From Flavobacteriaceae bacterium (GTDB taxonomy: Bacteria; Bacteroidota; Bacteroidia; Flavobacteriales; Flavobacteriaceae): 64,000 bases of DNA. The translations under genes and the position numbers were made by a program. Under the pieces are notes generated by a model. The model ran no database searches. It was given only the letters and a program-made list of their open reading frames with translations, and was not told where the DNA came from. The stretch covers positions 5,203 to 69,202 of the forward strand of contig JBAYPE010000004.1 in assembly GCA_041677865.1 (NCBI GenBank). Reading direction: 5' to 3'. This document shows positions 61,154-64,000 of the stretch, piece after piece (positions within the stretch are counted from its first letter, which is position 1; every line of letters begins with the position of its first letter).

Positions 61154-61477
61154 ATGGCAAGTTTCGGACAATTTATAAAGACAGAAAGAGAAAAACGAGA
61201 ATGGACACAAACAGAGTTTGGTGCCAAAATTGGCATAAATACAAGTGCTATAAGTCGTATTGAAAATGGAAGTCAAAAATTTAGTAAATCTAAATTGAAA
61301 AAATTGGCTGAACTTTTTGAAATCGAAAACCAAAAAATTATAGACTTGTTTTTTGCAGACAAATTTGCTCGTGAAGCATTTAAGTACAAATGTTCAGATG
61401 AAATTTTCATTGTAGCTGAAGACACAGCAAACTACATCAAGAATAAGAATGTGAAACAAGGAGAGCTAGAACTATGA
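61154..61477 (+). CDS. XRE-family HTH protein, candidate controller of the R-M cassette
   Basis: 107 aa. WTQTEFGAKIGINTSAISRIENG. The stop overlaps the next start (ATGA). A TATATTTG -7 box lies at 61106-61113. Confidence 0.8.
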   Translation: MASFGQFIKTEREKREWTQTEFGAKIGINTSAISRIENGSQKFSKSKLKKLAELFEIENQKIIDLFFADKFAREAFKYKCSDEIFIVAEDTANYIKNKNVKQGELEL

Positions 61478-62472
61478 AGAACAAATTAAAATATATTGAC
61501 TTGTTTTCAGGCTCTGGTGGTTTTTCATTGGGCTTTGACAATAAAGGCTTTCAAAATGTTTTTTCAATAGACATTGAACCCAGTTTTTGCGAGACATATA
61601 AATACAATTTTCCAAAACATCAATTAATTGAAAAGGATATTTGCAACTTGTCCGATTCTGAAATTTCATATCTCAAAGAATTTGATGAAATTGATGTTGT
61701 AATAGGCGGGCCACCCTGTCAAGGATTTAGTATGGCAGGAAATATTGGTCGAAAATTTATTGATGATACAAGAAACAAATTATTTAAAGAATTTGTAAGG
61801 GTTGTAAAGGTTGTGAAACCAAAGTTTTTTGTAATGGAAAATGTTGCAAGGCTTTACAATCATAATAAAGGTGAAACAAGAAAAGAAATCATTAAAGATT
61901 TTCAAGAAATTGGCTATAAAGTTGAATGTAAAATTCTTAATTCGGCAGATTTTGGTGTACCACAAGTTAGAAAGAGGGTAATATTTATTGGCACAAATCA
62001 AAATAGAGAAATAATATTTCCAAAAAAAACTGTTCAAAAATATTTAACCGTTAAAGAAGTTCTTGAAAGTTTTCCACCACTTGAGTCTGGTGAAGAATCT
62101 ACTATTCCAAACCATATAGCAATGAATCACTCTGACCAAATGCTCGAAAAGATGAGATATGTAAAAGATGGAGGAGGCAGAGAGGAAATCCCAGTAGATA
62201 TAAGACCAAAATCAGGAGACATAAGAAAATATATTCGCTATAAAAGTGATGAACCTTCGGTTTGTGTTACAGGCGATATGCGAAAAATATTTCATTATGA
62301 ACAAAACAGAGCTTTAACAGTAAGAGAATTAGCAAAACTTCAATCTTATCCTGATGATTTTGTATTTAAAGGCTCTAAAATATCGCAACAACAACAAGTG
62401 GGTAATTCTGTACCACCAAAAATGGCAGAAGCAATTGCTGAGGTAATAATTAAAATGTCTGAAAATGTTTAA
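61474..62472 (+). CDS. DNA (cytosine-5)-methyltransferase
   Basis: 332 aa with motifs I DLFSGSGGFSLG, IV GGPPCQGFS, VI FVMENV, VIII QVRKRVIFIG, IX RELAKLQSYPDDF, X GNSVPP. Confidence 0.95.
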   Translation: MKNKLKYIDLFSGSGGFSLGFDNKGFQNVFSIDIEPSFCETYKYNFPKHQLIEKDICNLSDSEISYLKEFDEIDVVIGGPPCQGFSMAGNIGRKFIDDTRNKLFKEFVRVVKVVKPKFFVMENVARLYNHNKGETRKEIIKDFQEIGYKVECKILNSADFGVPQVRKRVIFIGTNQNREIIFPKKTVQKYLTVKEVLESFPPLESGEESTIPNHIAMNHSDQMLEKMRYVKDGGGREEIPVDIRPKSGDIRKYIRYKSDEPSVCVTGDMRKIFHYEQNRALTVRELAKLQSYPDDFVFKGSKISQQQQVGNSVPPKMAEAIAEVIIKMSENV

Positions 62473-63514
62473 ATATCCTAAGGTTAATTATATAGGTAAT
62501 AAAGAGAAAATCGCGAAATGGATTTGCGACCAATTCCCAAATGATGCTAAAACCTTATTTGATGCGTTTTCTGGTGGTTGTTCTTTAAGTTATGAAGCTA
62601 AATGCAGAGGACTTGAAGTTTACACAAATGATATTTTAAAAATCAATTATCATATTGCTAATGCTTTAATACAAAATAATTCAACCGTTTTATCCAAAGA
62701 AGATGTTGAACTCATTTTTTCAGGCGAACCATTTGAAGGATTTATGTTTGAAAATTATTCAGAGGTTTTTTTCTTTCCCGAAGAATGCAAAGAGCTTGAT
62801 TTGTACAGACAAAATATTGAAAAATTAGATTCAGAAACTAAAAAATCACTTGCTTTTGCATTAATGCGTAGAACTATGATTCGCAAAATGCCCTATTCAC
62901 GTTTTAATATAAATTGGGACAAAATTAAGCAGCTAAGAGATGAGGAATATAGTTATGAAAAATATAAACGAAAAAGAGCATATCATAATAAATCATTTAA
63001 ATATCATTTTTTACAAAATGTAAATGAATATAATAATGCCGTTTTTAATAATTCAAAAAACAATGTTGCCTACAACGATGATGTTTTTAACTTATTAGAC
63101 AACATTAAAGCCGATATTATTTATTTAGACCCACCCTACACAGGTACAATGAACAATTATTTTGGGTTTTATGGTCTCATTGATGATTTTATTGAAATTA
63201 AAAAAACGGTTCCATTTGAAAATAATTTTGTAGACAGAAAAACAGTAGGTTTATTGTTCGACAGATTATTTTCAAAATTATCAAACTTTAAATATTGGTA
63301 TTTGAGCTACAATAATTCTTCATTTCCAACAAAAAATGAATTATTATTTTTGTTGAATAAATATTCAAACAATGTTCAAGTAATTGAGCGAAAGCACAAC
63401 TACAAGATAACAGGAAAGGAAAAAAAAGAAGCGAATAAAGAATATTTATTCATAGTAAAAAATGAACTTTATCAAGAAAATACTAAGGAAAATTATGCAA
63501 CAGCAGAATTATGA
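62465..63514 (+). CDS. N6-adenine DNA methyltransferase, D12 class (Dam / T4 Dam / EcoRV-like)
   Basis: 349 aa. NYIGNKEKIAKWI, FDAFSGGCSLS (FxGxG), TNDI, IIYLDPPYTG. Motif order I before IV, as in the alpha group. Confidence 0.88.
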   Translation: MFKYPKVNYIGNKEKIAKWICDQFPNDAKTLFDAFSGGCSLSYEAKCRGLEVYTNDILKINYHIANALIQNNSTVLSKEDVELIFSGEPFEGFMFENYSEVFFFPEECKELDLYRQNIEKLDSETKKSLAFALMRRTMIRKMPYSRFNINWDKIKQLRDEEYSYEKYKRKRAYHNKSFKYHFLQNVNEYNNAVFNNSKNNVAYNDDVFNLLDNIKADIIYLDPPYTGTMNNYFGFYGLIDDFIEIKKTVPFENNFVDRKTVGLLFDRLFSKLSNFKYWYLSYNNSSFPTKNELLFLLNKYSNNVQVIERKHNYKITGKEKKEANKEYLFIVKNELYQENTKENYATAEL

Positions 63515-64000
63515 AGAGTATTGGAAATTAACCAATGCTTTTACCGATTATAATGGAAAAAAGTTTTTAGAAACACTCGCTGTATGTGTTAAATTCATTG
63601 ATGACTTTAATGATGAGCCATATTCTGAAGATAAATATAATAGACTTCAACTTGAAGTTGAGAAGGTTAATCCTATAAATTTAATTTCTATTAGAAAGTC
63701 AATAAACCAACTAGTAAAAATGGGGTTTATCAATTCTTTTTTGGTTTCATATCATCCACAAGCAAAAGAATATATTGACGCAAGAACCAACAAAAAAAGA
63801 GAAACACTTTTATCTAAAATAATTTATTCAAATTCAAGCTTTAACAGAGCGGTAAATAATGAATCTTCAATAAAGCAAATTAACTTTTTGATTCAAACTT
63901 TAATTGAAAAAGGCAAATTGTCCAAAGAAGAAATTATAGCCTTAATGCTTGTAGATATTGAAAAACACAACGAGCCATTTATTAAATCTGATGAATTACA
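63495..64000 (+). CDS. Unassigned ORF truncated by the window end; candidate restriction endonuclease of the cassette
   Basis: Not in the ORF track. The ATG at 63495 opens MQQQNYEEYWKLTNAFTDYNGKKFLETLAV...SIRKSINQLVKMGFINSF...EKGKLSKEEIIALMLVDIEKHN, which stays open to position 64000. It overlaps the MTase gene by 20 nt. Confidence 0.45.
   Translation, partial: MQQQNYEEYWKLTNAFTDYNGKKFLETLAVCVKFIDDFNDEPYSEDKYNRLQLEVEKVNPINLISIRKSINQLVKMGFINSFLVSYHPQAKEYIDARTNKKRETLLSKIIYSNSSFNRAVNNESSIKQINFLIQTLIEKGKLSKEEIIALMLVDIEKHNEPFIKSDEL

Noticed and set aside
61130-62037. Three minus-strand ORFs (61130-61333, 61472-61669, 61780-62037) antisense to the HTH and m5C MTase genes.
   Set aside because: They are antisense to genes with complete motif sets. 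AT-rich DNA gives long spurious frames, and I recognise no motifs in them.

Overview
This is a densely packed 64-kb chromosomal segment from a low-GC Bacteroidota genome, probably Flavobacteriia-like. Three things point that way: many TAnnTTTG -7 boxes (some with TTTG 19 nt upstream), a DUF4293-rho gene pair, and a Rho protein with a long N-terminal insertion. The gene families present (TamB-like, YfhO, GH3/DUF2797) also fit. About 58 protein genes are supported, and nearly all are housekeeping:
- Metabolism and cofactors: menB (partial), hutI, purN, lysA, mdh, adk, hpt.
- Lipid synthesis and RNA processing: acpP-fabF-rnc.
- Translation: glyQS, and the thrS-infC-rpmI-rplT cluster.
- DNA/RNA transactions: rho, uvrA, gyrB, rlmD, tsaD.
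- Envelope: yidC, two tandem rhomboid proteases, an ExbB/ExbD-type pair, lnt, a TamB-like giant protein, a YfhO-family protein, an alkaline phosphatase, and a regulator-MFP-RND-OMF efflux operon.

I saw no rRNA, tRNA, CRISPR array, transposase or integrase, though I scanned only by eye.

Two spots look accessory. The first is a restriction-modification cassette at the right edge (61.1-64.0 kb): HTH, m5C MTase, Dam-like m6A MTase and a truncated unassigned ORF. The second is a small nuclease-like ORF at 39.5-40.0 kb that has no in-frame canonical start.

I do not see convincing evidence for a wholly new multi-gene system. The best leads are:
- the R-M cassette;
- the divergent GH3/DUF2797 pair;
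- a promoter-to-terminator unit upstream of yidC;
- a short GGGAATTAGGA repeat found at two loci;
- a forced non-AUG start for infC.

All family calls rest on motifs I recognise in the supplied translations. No searches were run.
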